Below, piece by piece: positions 23,459 through 36,646 of a stretch of DNA of 64,000 bases. Below the pieces are notes generated by a model, which had not been told where the DNA came from, searched no databases, and worked only from the letters and a program-made list of their open reading frames with translations. The DNA is from Fistulifera solaris (lineage: Eukaryota), in contig AP026140.1 in the NCBI GenBank assembly GCA_030295235.1, positions 62,001 through 126,000 on the forward strand, read 5' to 3'. Each line of letters starts with the position of its first letter. Positions within the stretch are counted from its first letter, which is position 1. The translations under genes were made by a program, and so were the position numbers.

Positions 23459-23956
23459 ATGGAAGAAAATGAGCAAGAAATAGCAATATCTTTCTCCAAC
23501 TATGAGGAGATTGAAGTCTCTACAGATTGCCTCACAAGCGAACAAGATGGAGGCACTGTAAAGAGAGTTCGCTTCGATAGCCAGGTTTGGGTCCATAAGC
23601 ATGCATTAATTCTTGGAGATAATCCAGCGGTGTCCGATGGAGTCCCTTTGCAATTGGCGTGGGAAGCGGAAGGCATGGAAGTTTGGGAGTTACAAGATAA
23701 CGATAAACGTCGTCGGATGCCACCCAAGTTATCAAGCTACGTACGAAAAGTGATTGCATCCGATCAAAGCTCGCGGAATTGTTTGGTGCAAGTCCGAGAG
23801 GAAGTACGCGCCATTCAAAAGTCTCGAAGGGAGTCGGCTCGGCCAAAAGTTTCCTTGTTTGATATATTCTTTGGCAGCAGCAAGCTTTACGTGACAAGTA
23901 AGAGTCACATGAAAAGCAAAGGACACAAGTCGCACATGTTCTTTAGTCGAATGTGA
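23459..23956 (+). CDS. Small hypothetical protein with KRVRF and LGDNP..S.G.PL.L.W motifs
   Basis: 165-aa ATG ORF. I recognise the motif pattern from a recurrent diatom hypothetical family. Confidence 0.7.
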   Translation: MEENEQEIAISFSNYEEIEVSTDCLTSEQDGGTVKRVRFDSQVWVHKHALILGDNPAVSDGVPLQLAWEAEGMEVWELQDNDKRRRMPPKLSSYVRKVIASDQSSRNCLVQVREEVRAIQKSRRESARPKVSLFDIFFGSSKLYVTSKSHMKSKGHKSHMFFSRM

Positions 23957-24666
23957 ATTATTGAATTGAGCAAAATGCGGAATGCTACCCTTGCTTGGTA
24001 ACACGCCGCACATACTTTAAACTGAGTTTATGGTTAGGCAAAGCTGAATAAGTTTATGATAAAAGATTTGGAAATGTGTAAAACTAGGCTACAACAAACC
24101 GCGAGTTGAAGATGATTACTGGTAGCGACAGGTGTTTTCGACCAAAATGCAATTATATTAACTGATGTTTTTTTAAAAGAGTATTATCATGTACTGTTAT
24201 TCCTTGCATTAAAATCCAATTGCGGTTATACCGGCTTATGAGAAGCAAGACAATCGAATACAAGATTGCTATGGTCGTCAGTCAAGATCCACGACGAAAA
24301 TGTGGCGAACATTTTCATAGAAAACCCCATCATTTTCGTCCGCAAATGTTTGAATTTGTATTTAAAGGCAGCTCTATAAAAACATGTTTTTTGCTATAAT
24401 AAGATTCTGGTGACGTGACATCACCGAGCATCAACGGAAACATGTGGCCTAAATGAATCTTCCTCTTTGTCAACGGTTTTTCTGCGAATCCTTTTGCACC
24501 TCCATCGTCACGTTTCGTATTTACTATCAAAGCAATAGTACTCGCTGTTGCAAAACCTCAACAAACAACAATCACCAGAACGATCATTTTCATTGTGATT
24601 CATTCATTCAGTTCGATCATCGTATTGTTGCACGTTTACTATTACTCAACACTTCTTTTAAACAAG

Positions 24667-26453
24667 ATGATAGATGCGGAAGACACATCGTTTGAATGGT
24701 CGCTAGATGAAGCGAAATATACTTCTATTAAGCGTTGCCTCGAAAGTGATGTTGTCAATTTATGGAAGTTGCGTGAGATGGCTTGGGATAAAGGAGGGCT
24801 TCTCTGTCCGCAATTGCGTCAGAGAGCATGGCCGATCCTCTTTCAGTGCCATACATCGTTTCGTTCGACGCCGGAACCGCTTGCGGTAGATGTTGCTTCA
24901 AAGAATTTAGCGCAACTTCAATATGACACAACGAAAGTTGTCTGGAACATTCAAGAGCATTTGTTAGCCAGTCAGCGTGCTTCCAAGCAACTGGATACGG
25001 AATTGCTGTGCGCTAAATCACGCAGACGCCGTAGGGTTACCTTCATGGACGATGCAGACTCTCTGGATTTCTTTTCTCCTGGCTCGAAAGGACCTCGGGT
25101 GTCACCGACTTCGTCGCTCGATTCGCGTTCGAATTCTCCTACATCGATAGGTCCGGATGATGAGCTTTCTTTAGATGATCGATCGATTCTTTCGAGAGGA
25201 ACTGTCTTACCAGGTGTTCGTCCTCCGACGGCTCAAGAGCAACTGGTTCTGTACAATGCTGTCGCTGCGCTGCTGAGAACTCCGGGTGAACCCCACACAC
25301 ATTATGAAGATGACAATTATTATGTCTTCCGTGGTCTCGTCGATCTTGCCGCACTATTCATGATCAACATTGAGTCGCCTTCTTTGGCGTCTTTGTTGTT
25401 AAAACGAGTGAGTGTGTGGCATCTTCGAGATGCCTTACGTCGCGATCATTCGGTAGCGAATACAGCACTCTCGGCGGGCCTGGGAGTATTGCTGCAAGCC
25501 GTGGAACCGTCCTTGTATCAAACTGGAGTCTACCACCAATCTTCGCTCATTCATACCATGACGAGTTGGTTTACACGGGATATTATGGATGTTCGAGTGG
25601 TCTCCAGAGTTCTGGATGTACTTTTGGTCAGTCATCCGGTGACTGTGATCTATCTCATGGCGTCCATCTTGCACCATTCACGTGCACAGATCCTTGAAAC
25701 AGGGTGGCGACGTGAATGGGTGGCCGAAACGGTTACTGAAGATACCGTCGAAAGCATTATCAAAAAGGCGCTGCAGTATATGTAAGTTCTATCTTTTGTT
25801 GTCTTATTAGCATGCAAGGTCATGGTCTCACCAACCTTACCCATTTCATTTGACACAGGCGTGCATGCCCCATCCTTGACTTGGTTCAAGCCACTCGTCG
25901 AGTAGTGGAGAACCCTGACGCTGTAGTCATGTTGGAGGAGACCTTACCAGCCATTCCGGCTTCCACCCTTTCGGATTTTGCTGTTTGGAAAGTAAAAGAA
26001 AGCGACGAGCTGGCTTGTGAAGCAGAAGTTCATCCGTCGTTCTATCCGGCAGCCTCATTGGCGATGGGGTTACCGTTACCAGCCAACCGAAGTAAATGGG
26101 TCTTATTTCTTCTTTGTGTCATGGTTGCTTTGGTAGCGCTGCCTTTCTGTGCCTCTCCCACGGTGCCCACCGTCGATATTCCCAAAACATGCACAGATTC
26201 GCGTCGAGCCATGCATCGTGTTCTACCAAATAATTCCATGACGCGACAGAATAATAGTGTTCGGCCCACAATTTCAAATCGACTGGAAAATGCAGGATCC
26301 ATGTTGGAGACATTCAACTACACCGCGAAATATGGACTGCCGTACGTCTTCGTGCCGGTCAAAATAATAGTCGAAGTCAGGCGCACTGTTTCGCATTGGA
26401 TTGATATGCTTCGTGAAGCGTTTGGGGAAAACATCTATGTAGATTTGGAATAA
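24667..26453 (+). CDS. TBC/Rab-GAP-like protein (TBC1D20/Gyp8-like) with C-terminal TM
   Basis: LWKLRE.A...GGLL...LR.RAWP.L, SWF..D, RV.D.LL.SHP...IYL. Intron 25782-25858. Confidence 0.75.
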
Positions 26454-26489
26454 TGAAGTGTAGCGTAACGTATTAATGTCGGGTTGTTG

Positions 26490-29190
26490 TTAAAGTACTA
26501 CAAACTGACTGCACACAATTCCACGGACTCTGTAGAAATCCTCGCAAAGTGGACCCTCCACGTGCAACTTTCCACTTTGTTGCTCTTTTCTTACCAAAAT
26601 GCCACCATTCACCACTAGCTGTGAATGTCCCTTCATTGTCTTGTAGTCCGCTTTCATCCCTTGAGCAATCAGTTCAGCCCTCAGATCCGTCAACAGAATT
26701 TCACCTTCACTAAGATACAACGAGGGACTGTCATCGGAGATTTGATCGACGCGTGGTGCCAGCACGAAACTGCCATCAAGCGCAACTTTCTGTCCAGTGG
26801 CCGCCAACTTTAGCTTGCTTACAGTACATGAACCTAATTTCGTTTCTTTGAATTCGACCGGTCCTGGTGGTTCCTCGCAAACTTCCCTTTCTTCTGGTAG
26901 CAAATAAGGTGTATCTACTAATCGGACCGCATATGCTGCGTGGCCCACGTGAACTTCTGTGGTTTCACCATCGCTCGGTGTTTCTACATTTGTGTCGCCT
27001 GAGGCAAAGTCATCGTCGCTTCCGCTAGAAGCGAAACTTCGTCCACTAAATACCCAGGTATTTCTTGGGTCGTTGCCGGACCTCCCAAAACGATGACTTG
27101 ACGTGGCTGGAGCGCTCGAACTGACTGCCTTGCCGCTTGTGCATCGACTCTCCCTTCCAAAGGTACGAACGACACTTCGGCTAGAACCTCAATTTTCCGA
27201 GAAACCGCGGTTACTTTCGTCGGTGCACGACCGTTACGACCACGAATAATTCCACTTCCTTCTGAGAGGTCTGCTGCTTCTAGTGCCTGTTCGTCCACAT
27301 CGTCCGCGCCATCATTATCTTCTTCTTCGGATACTTTTGCGGAGCTGCGTTTACTCTCGACACCGTAGCCGAAGCCTCTTCGAGCTACATCATCTCCAAT
27401 TCGACCACTGCTACCAGCGAATTTCAAAGGGTCAACGCCGGCGACGATATCGATAAAGCGTTCAGGCTGTACTGCGATTCCGTAATCGTCTTCAATTATT
27501 TCTCCCGAACGACCAATCGACTCACCAATTCCATACTTTGGTACGGAATCAGGTTGTCCGATACCAGCAACATCTTCCTGCAGGTCGAAGGTAACTGTGG
27601 AAAAGAAGGCTATCAGAAAATGACAAACATGCAAAAATGATATACGTGAGCAAATGGACTTACGATGCAAAGGCTTTGAGAATTTCAAAAAGAGAGTGGA
27701 ATCAAAGCGGCTTTTTCTTCTTCGGCCTTGAAGCTGTCGAAACATTTGAAACGGCTTTGACTTCTGGTTCGTCATCTCCAAGTCGCAATTGTCCTTTCGC
27801 CAGCTCCACTTCGCGTAACATGGCTCGCTTCTCCTCCTCCTTTTGTGCCATAATGCGAGCCTGCTCTTCACTTTCGAGAAAGCGCTTCAATTCTTCTCCC
27901 GTAAGCGGAGAACGCTGGGGAACACGTACATCTACCTTAATGGAATCGTCCATTTCTCGACCTTCTCGTTTGGCTTGCGTCCACGCGCTCATTAACTGAC
28001 CTGCCGCAGTCCAAGGCGAAGTTCTTTCTCCATCGTCCTCTTCGATAGGCATGCTACTTGTTGTGGAAGTCAACTCTTTTTGGTGTCGCAGATAGCACTG
28101 CGATGAATCCGTAAAGATGACAGCATTGTCTGGATTATCTGCCCATAGCAAGAAGACATCTCGCGAAGGTCCATGATCCAGTGTCAGACCAGATGCCACA
28201 ACACAAGTTGGGTTATTGTTTCTCTCCATAAAGCTCTGTAACTGCGCCGCTGATGTAAAGAAGTGCACTGCATTCAATCGAAGCGGATGACTTTGCTGTG
28301 TATCAAAGGCATGTCCCTGCCGATCGGACATCCATTCGAGTTGACAACGAGCGAATTCGGCCGTGTTCGGTACGAGAGGTCCCAACCACACAAGATTGTA
28401 TGTCTCACCCAAACGTTGCTTTTCCCAATGCTGCTGCAATATCAGTATGAGTTCAATGACACGACCCGAAGCATCCGCAGGCAACAAAACATTTCCGTCG
28501 CGTCGTAGCACCGCCAAAACTGATTCCACGAGTTCTCGTTCGGCTTGACTGGCCATCAGCGACGGCAACAAGGGCCTCCTTCCTTTGGTCAATAGATGAC
28601 ACTGCCGAAACGCAATACCACCAGGACGAGTAATCAAAGCATCTGGTTTTGATTGTTTCAATAGAGTAGACGAATCCAAATGCAGTTCCCTGGCCATATT
28701 GTAAGTAGCTGTAAAGAGCACGACCGTCTCATCAATCACACGCTGAAATGTGTAGAAAGCTCCTCCAACAACATGTCCCGCTCGTTGTGCCGTAATCGAT
28801 AAGTTCCCAATATGAATACTTTGCGAATATTTGATGCAAATAACAGCCGAAATAGCGGCATCGAGCTCTTCGAGCGTAAATGGCGGGCGAACTCCGTCCA
28901 TACTGAGTGCGGCGTGATGATCGTATAGCGTCATTTGACCCATTTTGACGGTAGGAAATGTCGCATAAATCGGAGCTGTACCTCGATACATCGGTAAGGC
29001 TCCCAGAGATTGCAGCGTGCTGTCGGTAATTAAGACACAGTCATGAGGGAGGGAGTTCTTCTTTCGGGGGAAGCGCACCCAGATTGCACAAAATGCGGCA
29101 ATCGGAAAACTCAATCAAAGTGCAATCCGGTTCTAACGCTTGGCCCTCTTCCGACCATCGGCTCCCTGAAAGAGGCGTTACTCGTAGCAT
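26490..29190 (-). CDS. CPSF2: Cleavage and polyadenylation specificity factor subunit 2 (CPSF100)
   Basis: IYAT.PT.KMGQM.LYD, AGH.VGG, LR.DGNVLLP.D.SGR..EL, L.G.EL, and C-terminal EGPLCEDFY.VR. Intron 27595-27663. Indels at about 29047, 27712 and 26990. Confidence 0.93.
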
Positions 29191-29756
29191 GTTGATGTAT
29201 TAATGGTGAGTAAGTATTGCAATATAATTAATTTATGTGATGATTGGAGCAGCCCTTGCAATTTTTTGTGCGATAAATAATTATTTTTTCTGCCGACCCT
29301 ACTGACGACGGACGGTCCATAGGAGTACGGTCTCCAAAATGTGTGGTAACACTTACCTTACTGGATTACTGGATAAATAAAATAAAATAAAAATTGAGAG
29401 TTTAGCGTACTTTTATCCTATCCCTATGACAGAACCGAAACACAATCCGTCACTAGACAATCTAGATCACGCGGGTTGCCAAGTCATCACGAAGGCGATG
29501 AACAGGGGGGCTGCCATCTGATTCAGATTCGAGTTGTGGCCTGGTCCGTCGGCCGTGGATTACTGGATAAAAAAATGGCTAGAATTTACTATGCTTATAG
29601 GACTCAATCAATCGGCTATTTGCTATTTTTACTACTATTATTATTTTCAGACTCCCTCGAGATGATTCAAAATAAAGTGCATTAACATAGACCCATGTTG
29701 ACTCTTAAGCAGATTTCAAGAGCTTTTGAATCAAAACGCTTTTAAATCGAAAAGAA

Positions 29757-30260
29757 GCAACGTCTTGAATATCTACGTGCATTTCACGTAGGTCCCCGTA
29801 GGGAAGTTTATCGACAGAGGGGGAACCCGGATATGGTATATATTTGACATCCACCTTTCGAGAATGGTTGACTATGCAACGCCATAAAACCATAAACCAG
29901 CACCAACCATTCGCACTAATAAACGATATTCAATCATTATATCAAAATCAAACGAAGAAAACAGCGATGATACAACGCTTCGAAAGTTTACGTGGAATTC
30001 ACGTAGGCCACGTAGGAATTTTATCGATCTAGCTAGCCCTCAGAACTTATCGACTTTGGCCTTATCAATTTTCGAGTCCGACGGCGACAAATCTTATCGT
30101 TAGATTCCTCGGCACATTTTGCAAGAATCCATAAACAAGAATAATTGACATGCATTGAAATGCCAAAACATGAAAGGACAACAGATGCAATGCTGCGGAC
30201 TTCTACGTGCATTTTACGTAGGTCCCCGTAGGAAATTTATCGACAGAGGGAAATCCGGAG
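29757..30260 (+). repeat. Diverged tandem repeat, 3 x about 215 bp with a conserved 75-bp core
   Basis: Core CTACGTG-N5-CACGTAG..CGTAGG.AA.TTATC.ACAGAGGG..CCGGA at about 29757, 29972 and 30187. Confidence 0.85.
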
Positions 30261-30376
30261 TTGGTGAATGCAGTCGAATGGATGAGCTATAAATAATACT
30301 CCGTATAAACTTTTATCACGCACCTTCCATGATGAAGTTCATTATTATTTAGACGCTTGCTAATTATGATTTGTAC

Positions 30377-33300
30377 TCAACTGCTTTGGAACTTGATGAA
30401 ATAGGATGCCAAGTACGTCGGAAGATACTCGCACGGAAAGCTGGACCAGTAGCCTACTATTGCGGGGTCGCAGTCGTTGCTGTTGTGCACGTGTGGAAGG
30501 TCGAACGACAAGAAATAATCCGCGGCGTATTGGAACAATGGCATGAAAGCAAAGAGACAAACAATTGCAAGGAGCCAATTGAAAAACAAGAACTCCATGT
30601 CATCGATTGAAGCAGGTGTATCGTCCCACAGTTCAGCACACCAGTAGACAAACGCGTGCTTGCCAGATGACAAGGGCGTCATGACAACGCTTGATAACTC
30701 TTCAGGGGATACTTCAATGTAATGCAGCTCGTCGTGAACCCCAAAAAAGACGTCATGGCAGCAAGTTTGGAATAGTATCCAGCCATGGGTATAAAAAATT
30801 CTCCTCCGTCCATCGTTCCGAGTTGCGCATCGTCGTCGTCTGGAAAAGAAAAGCACCTAGCCGAAGAAGCCAACCGTCGAGTGTGGAGTGCGGAGGGTTT
30901 GGGGGTTCATATGTCGAAAGCACATCAGCAGTGGCTTCAACATGATCATCTTCATCGTGCACTCCGTAAAATACATCGTGGAGCGAGGGTAGATAAGCTT
31001 TCCAGGTCGACGGAAAAACAAGGTCCTCCGTTTTTGTGGACTGGAACTCAGGTTCACCAGTGTCAGTATCATGATAAACAACATCCACGGCATTATTGCC
31101 TGGCAAGAGAGGATGGCTCTTCGATGAGAAGAAGGAATATTCAGTGTAATAATCCAACTTTGTGGGCTTGAATACTGAATGTAAGCCACCATCGGTTGGG
31201 GATAGCTTTCGTCCTACCTGATTCTCATTGTGCAGTGAACAGTCCGACTTAGGTGCCAATGGGTTCAATTTCGGTGCGTTGATGGAAGGAGTTATCAGTC
31301 GAAATGCGTTGCCCTTCTGCGATGTAATAAAAGCGTTTCGACTACGCGCGTTCTTTTCTTTCTCGGCTGAGCTGTTTGGAAGGAGACCAGTGCTGAAATT
31401 GTTAGGCAATGGCTCTAGGGAAACGCGATTGGGCTTCGATTTTTGCTTACCTCCGTATGACAGTTTTGCTTTTGCATCCCTAGTAGGTGATACATTTTCC
31501 TGATCCTCTGTTTGACCTTGAACATCCGAGTCGTTCTCTCGCTCTCCAACGAAGGGCCGTTCGGGTGGCGGACTTAAATCCAAGAAGTTGTTGTCGCAGC
31601 AATCTTGATGGCTCAAGCACTCTGTCCCGGTGTCATTGCGTTTGAGAGATTGAGTAGTTGACCCGTCATGGATCGACATGTCACGTGCCGCCTTAATCGA
31701 TTGATTTATCGGACTCGATGAGGGACGTTGTTCTAGACCATCTAGCGATGCTGGATTAGAATTCGTATTTAGTGGGCAACGATCGCCGTCATTTTGGCCG
31801 CTTGCGTTTTCCGATTCGGGGCGGATCTTGTCGCCATTTTCAATGAAAGTGTCGCTCTGTTGCGTAATGGGCTCTGACGATGATTCCGCACTTCTCTGTT
31901 GAAGAGACTTCAAATGACATTCGAGATTTACTGAAGTCAGGGCAGCATGCCGTGGGCGCTTCGTAGCACTACCCAACGACGTCGAGGCCGACGCGATTGG
32001 ATTCACCGTTCGAGCGTTTCGGAAAGTGACTAGATATTCGAACGTGAGTGAGGCACTTGTGATGGCAAACAACACACTTCTACGCAGAAATGATACTTAC
32101 CATCCAATCCCACAACCTGGTTTGAAGCGTCGTGACAGAATACGTCGATGCGGTAGTCGGTCGAAGCATTTGCAATGTCGTCCACAAAGCAGCCCAGTAA
32201 ACCAATGCCTCCAGCAATACCTAATTTGTACGCCTGCGATGCGAATGTGCCTTCAATTTCTGTTTCCAGCTGAGGGATGGAAATCACCTTTGGCGGCAAA
32301 CCATTTTTCCAGTTAAGACTTTCCAATGTCTTACAGGCGACAGGCAGAGCCGACAAGCGACATTCATGAGCCGACGAGAACCCGTCAAAAGCAATCAACG
32401 ATAGCGTGAATACCATGGAAACCGAATCGTCGTCCAAGAAGACACCTTGGGACATTAAACTGGTGAAACGATGATGAGATGGATTTACCGTGGCTTTTGA
32501 ATATCCGCTCGACGAAGCAGACGATATATTCTGCACATCCTGATGACTTGAATGGCGAACAACCAAGCGTTTGTTCGACCAGTCCTCGCGTAGTAAATCG
32601 TAATCATCGTCGAGCCGACAGTTGTTGATATTCGACTGCATGTCCAGAGTCCATTTTCCGGGCATGGCTTCGAGGGGCATGAGCTCCAGCACGCGACCTT
32701 CTTTCGGCAAATTTTCGGTCCGACCTTCCACTATGGTTTGCTCGAGAAATGCAGTGCGATCTGCTGCATCGGGAACTGTATTGACTCCCTCGACAATGGC
32801 CCAATACTGTGACGGCGGAATCGTCAGCTCCACCGACAATCGCTCCAACATATCCCGTTTTCGACGACGCTGACCGGCAAAGGTGACTGCTTTACCTTCC
32901 GTCTTATCCACAACGCAGAGAGACTTTACGTTATCGACGTAGTCCGTGTCATTTGTATCGACCGGCATTTCGTTCGCTGTCGACGGCGTTCCCGGCGGGA
33001 CTGTCGGTGCCGCCTCGCCGCTGTTGCGTATCGTTTCCAAAGGCTCGTGATAGCTTTTCTGTGATTCTTTCTTTGTCGCTTTTCCTTTCGGAGCGTGTAC
33101 ATGCTGTTTCGCTCCTTTGACAGCATTGCTTTTCGAACGTTTCGCGGTACTGGAAGAACCGGCCGTTTTCGGCGCTTTCGCTCGCGATTGCTGCGCCGTG
33201 GGACGATTTTGAGTCATTTTATGCTTTTCTTTCCATTTTGCGTAAGCATTTTTGTATTGCACGGTGCTCTGGCGATTCCATTGCTCATAATACGTCAAAC

Positions 33301-33409
33301 TGTCATTGCGAAAAATGCGATCCCGTCCCTTCAACTCCGAACTGCATCGTTTCTTGTGCGGAGGGATCTTTGCATTTACAACATTCGTTGCAGTTTGAGC
33401 TGCTGTCAT
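30377..33409 (-). CDS. Large hypothetical protein (about 980 aa) with an internal repeat and C-terminal TM
   Basis: ORFs 32030-33559, 30753-32075 and 30377-30856 are joined by intron 32030-32100 and an indel at about 30757. The motif LHDVF(Y/F)GVHDE occurs twice. Confidence 0.7.
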
Positions 33410-33754
33410 TTTGTTGTTGAGAAAAAGGCTTTGAAATAATGTAAAACGAATAATAGGACACCAACAAGTCCAATGTTGCTCGCTTTCGAGTTGTCTGCGA
33501 ACGATGATTGATTTTTGTGTGCCGGCAAACAGTGCGGAGAAAAGAAAAGATCGCGCCAAAATTGCGCAGTAGCATTTCTAGGAAAAAGGCGATACTAAGT
33601 CCCAGTGAGACGCGTATTTTGTTTTTTGTCGTTGCTTTCAAGACTCATTTTTGAAAAGGACGCGTTCTTTTTTACTATTACTCCGTAGTATATAATCATC
33701 GCATTCCGCCAAAATGACAAGAGTGTGGCATCGTATCTAATGAAGAATGACAAG

Positions 33755-34596
33755 ATGTTACGACGAATCAACTTTGCTTGGGTAATACTCTTCGGCTTGT
33801 TTTCATGTTCAAGATCAGCTATGGTTATCACCTTAGGTGACTCGTATGCGGCTGGAACAGGTGCGCAGGCATTGCGGAAGGAGTACGATGATACAACTTG
33901 CTACGTCGAAGATGACACAAGTCCTGGAGGAAAATATGCTTCCGCACGTGGTTTGAAGCACATTGTGGCAGCTTGTAGTGGTGACCTCGTCATTGATACT
34001 GTGGCGCAATGGGATGATTTGCAGCTACGTTATTCCAATGAAGCTACGGATCTTTGGGAAGGATCGGTTATTCTTGTGACTACCGGCGGAAATTCGCTCG
34101 AGTCGATTCGTGGTGACGACTTTGTAGAAGGTCTGATTCGCTGTTTGACTGTTCCGCGTTGTTACGAACCCCCAGAAAATCAGGTTGCGAACTATGATGC
34201 AGTGCAAGCCGAACTAGAGCAATTTTACTCTCAGTTAGCGGTACAAGCATATCGAGCGACAGTCCGAGTTATCGGATATCCGAAAGTATTCAATTCTAAC
34301 CGGCTTCGATGCTCGATTCCTGGGATAACAGTTCGGGAAGCCGACTTTTTGACAATATCGTAATTGGAATGAATGATCGGATTGTGACGGCCATCGACGC
34401 AGTAAAGTCAAGTTTTCCTGACTTCGACATACGGTTTGTCGATGTCACAAACTATTATACGAACGGTGCATGCTCGCCCTTCAAATCTCGCCAAGTACGA
34501 AATCTAAATGCGCGCTTTCCCCGTTCCAGTTTTCATCCCACACAAAATGGATACGATAAATCATATGGGGCTCTGCTAGATACAATGAATGGCTGA
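33755..34596 (+). CDS. Secreted SGNH/GDSL hydrolase (SEST-like)
   Basis: Signal peptide. Blocks LGDSYAAG, ACSG, TGGN, GYP and SFHPT..GY. A T is missing at about 34346. Confidence 0.88.
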
Positions 34597-35062
34597 TTGC
34601 GGTAATTTGAGAAAGAGAGGTGGATTAGTAAGTCGAAAGCCAAAAAAAACACCACCGGTTCACCGTAAAGGGTTTCTTCATTTATGAGATATGTCACTTC
34701 ATTGACCGCCCAATTGAGCAGTTTTCCGGTGAAGAAAAGGCAAGTTTGTCGGTTGGTTTACAAATCTTCTGCGAGATCTTTCACGCTTTCAAGTCGCTCA
34801 TAGCAAAACGAGGGGCCGAACACTTTCCCGAGACTGACTTCTGTTTTCAGTCACGATTGCCGAAAGAAGCGAGGACTTACTTAATACTGTGAGCCACAAA
34901 GTACTAAGTGCCTGACCTAACGGCCATAACCCATAACATAACGGCCCTCTTCGATCGTCGTCATCGCGTAGAACGCACAATAATTTCGTCCTCTTTCTTT
35001 CATCGGAAACAAACAACAACACTTCTCTACCGAATATCGATTATTTCTGTCAGACGAAGCCG

Positions 35063-35909
35063 ATGTTATTCGCAGTACGGTCGCTTCTTGTTGCATTGTT
35101 GTGCTATGCCGCCGTTCCGCTAACGCAAGCAGCCTTAGTTGTGACGATCGGAGATTCGTATGCGGCTGGAACAGGCATTCATGCTTTGCGGAAGGAATAT
35201 GATGATACGTATTGTTACGTTGAGGTAGACACCATTCCTGGAGGAAAATACGCTTCCACGAGAGGACTGGAGCATGTTGTAACGGCGTGCGCGGGTGATA
35301 CGATTGATGCAACTGTAGCACAATGGAACGATTTGCAACTTCGCTACCCAGACGAAGTTGCCGATCTATGGGAAGGATCGGTGATTATTATTTCCACAGG
35401 AGGGAACTCCGCGCTCACGAGACGAGGCGAGAATTTCGAAGAAAGTTTAGCTAGAGTGTTAAGGACTCGACGATTTCACGAGGATGAATTGAACCAAGTA
35501 GGAAATTTAGGTGACGTGCAAACAGAGCTGGAAACATTTTATTCTCAACTGGCGGTCGAAGCGGCAGAAGCGACCGTTCGGGTGATGGGTTACCCTTTAT
35601 TTTCAATTCTAATCCACTGAAATGTTTCATCCCTGGAATCCGTGTCGCAGAAGCCAACTTTTTGACGAAACAGTGGTCGAATTGAATGAAGTCATTGTTG
35701 CGGCTATCGAAACAGTTAAGACCGCATTTCCTAGCTTTGACATCCGCTACGTCGATGTTGCTCCTTCTTACGGCAGCGGCGCTTGCTCTCCTTTCAAATT
35801 CCGCCATATAAGAGACATCAATGTTCGGGCTCCGGTTACCAGCTTCCATCCAACGCAAGGCGGATATGATAGAGCTTACGGGGCTTTTCTGCGGACGATG
35901 TTAATCTAA
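35063..35909 (+). CDS. Secreted SGNH/GDSL hydrolase, tandem paralog
   Basis: IGDSYAAG, TGGN and SFHPT. A T is missing at about 35600 and again at about 35659. Confidence 0.85.
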
Positions 35910-36122
35910 TTGGGTCGAAGTTACATAGGACGCTCTCCTACTAAAGGTGCTGCTCGTAAAAATGTTTGTAAATAGCGTATTCTTTAAGTGCTCTCATTTC
36001 GAATCAATTACTAGCAGCGATACTTTGACATAGTCTAGTCCAAGTAATTGGCTCTACATCTCAACATCTTGTCGCCATGTGGAATCAGCTCGTCTCATAG
36101 TCTGCTATCACATCCGCTCAGG

Positions 36123-36385
36123 GATCAAAATGGGGAACTTTAACGATGTTCAGAGCGGTTAATTAAAAGTGTTTTACTCTCAACCGGCGGCAGAAGCGGC
36201 GGAAGTGACTGTTCGTGTGATGGGATATCCTAAGATTTTCAATTCGAATCGCTTCAAATCGTTCATGCCAGGGATAACGGCCCGAGAAGCCAAAACTTTT
36301 GACGATCCCATCTAAAATGAATGATCGAATCGCTGCGAGCGTTGACACAGTACAATCCCGGTTTTTGACATTCATTTATTGACAC
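36123..36385 (+). pseudogene. Truncated third copy of the SGNH hydrolase
   Basis: Translates as FYSQPAAEAAEVTVRVMGYPKIFNSNRFKSFMPGITAREAKTFD...MNDRIAASVDTV. Contains stops and indels, and lacks both GDS and SFHP. Confidence 0.85.
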
Positions 36386-36646
36386 TGTTGCGTTACAAGC
36401 ATGCTGTCGACACCCTGGAGCTGTGCATGCAAGATAAGTGTGCCGTTACTGGTCAACAACGATAATTTTGCAGGCGATGCCTAGAGATGATGAGAGCAGC
36501 TTGCGATAATGAGTCGGTCTCCGTCACCTGCACTAAAGACAATTAACGATATCCGCTCAGCGTCCTCAGTGTTGTGTTGGCATAAAACTTTGTTGCTCCC
36601 CGCAATGAAAGCCATGAAGATTTCGTGCCAAGCAAACTCTACACCC

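Noticed and set aside
26490..29190. CPSF2 and the other frameshifted genes as pseudogenes
   Set aside because: They show only single-base indels, no nonsense codons and intact motifs. Sequencing error is the simpler explanation.
34340..35665. Programmed frameshift shared by both SGNH paralogs at C-TTTTT-GAC
   Set aside because: Not a canonical slippery heptamer. The same 6T-to-5T pattern appears in unrelated genes, and the third copy is in frame at this site.
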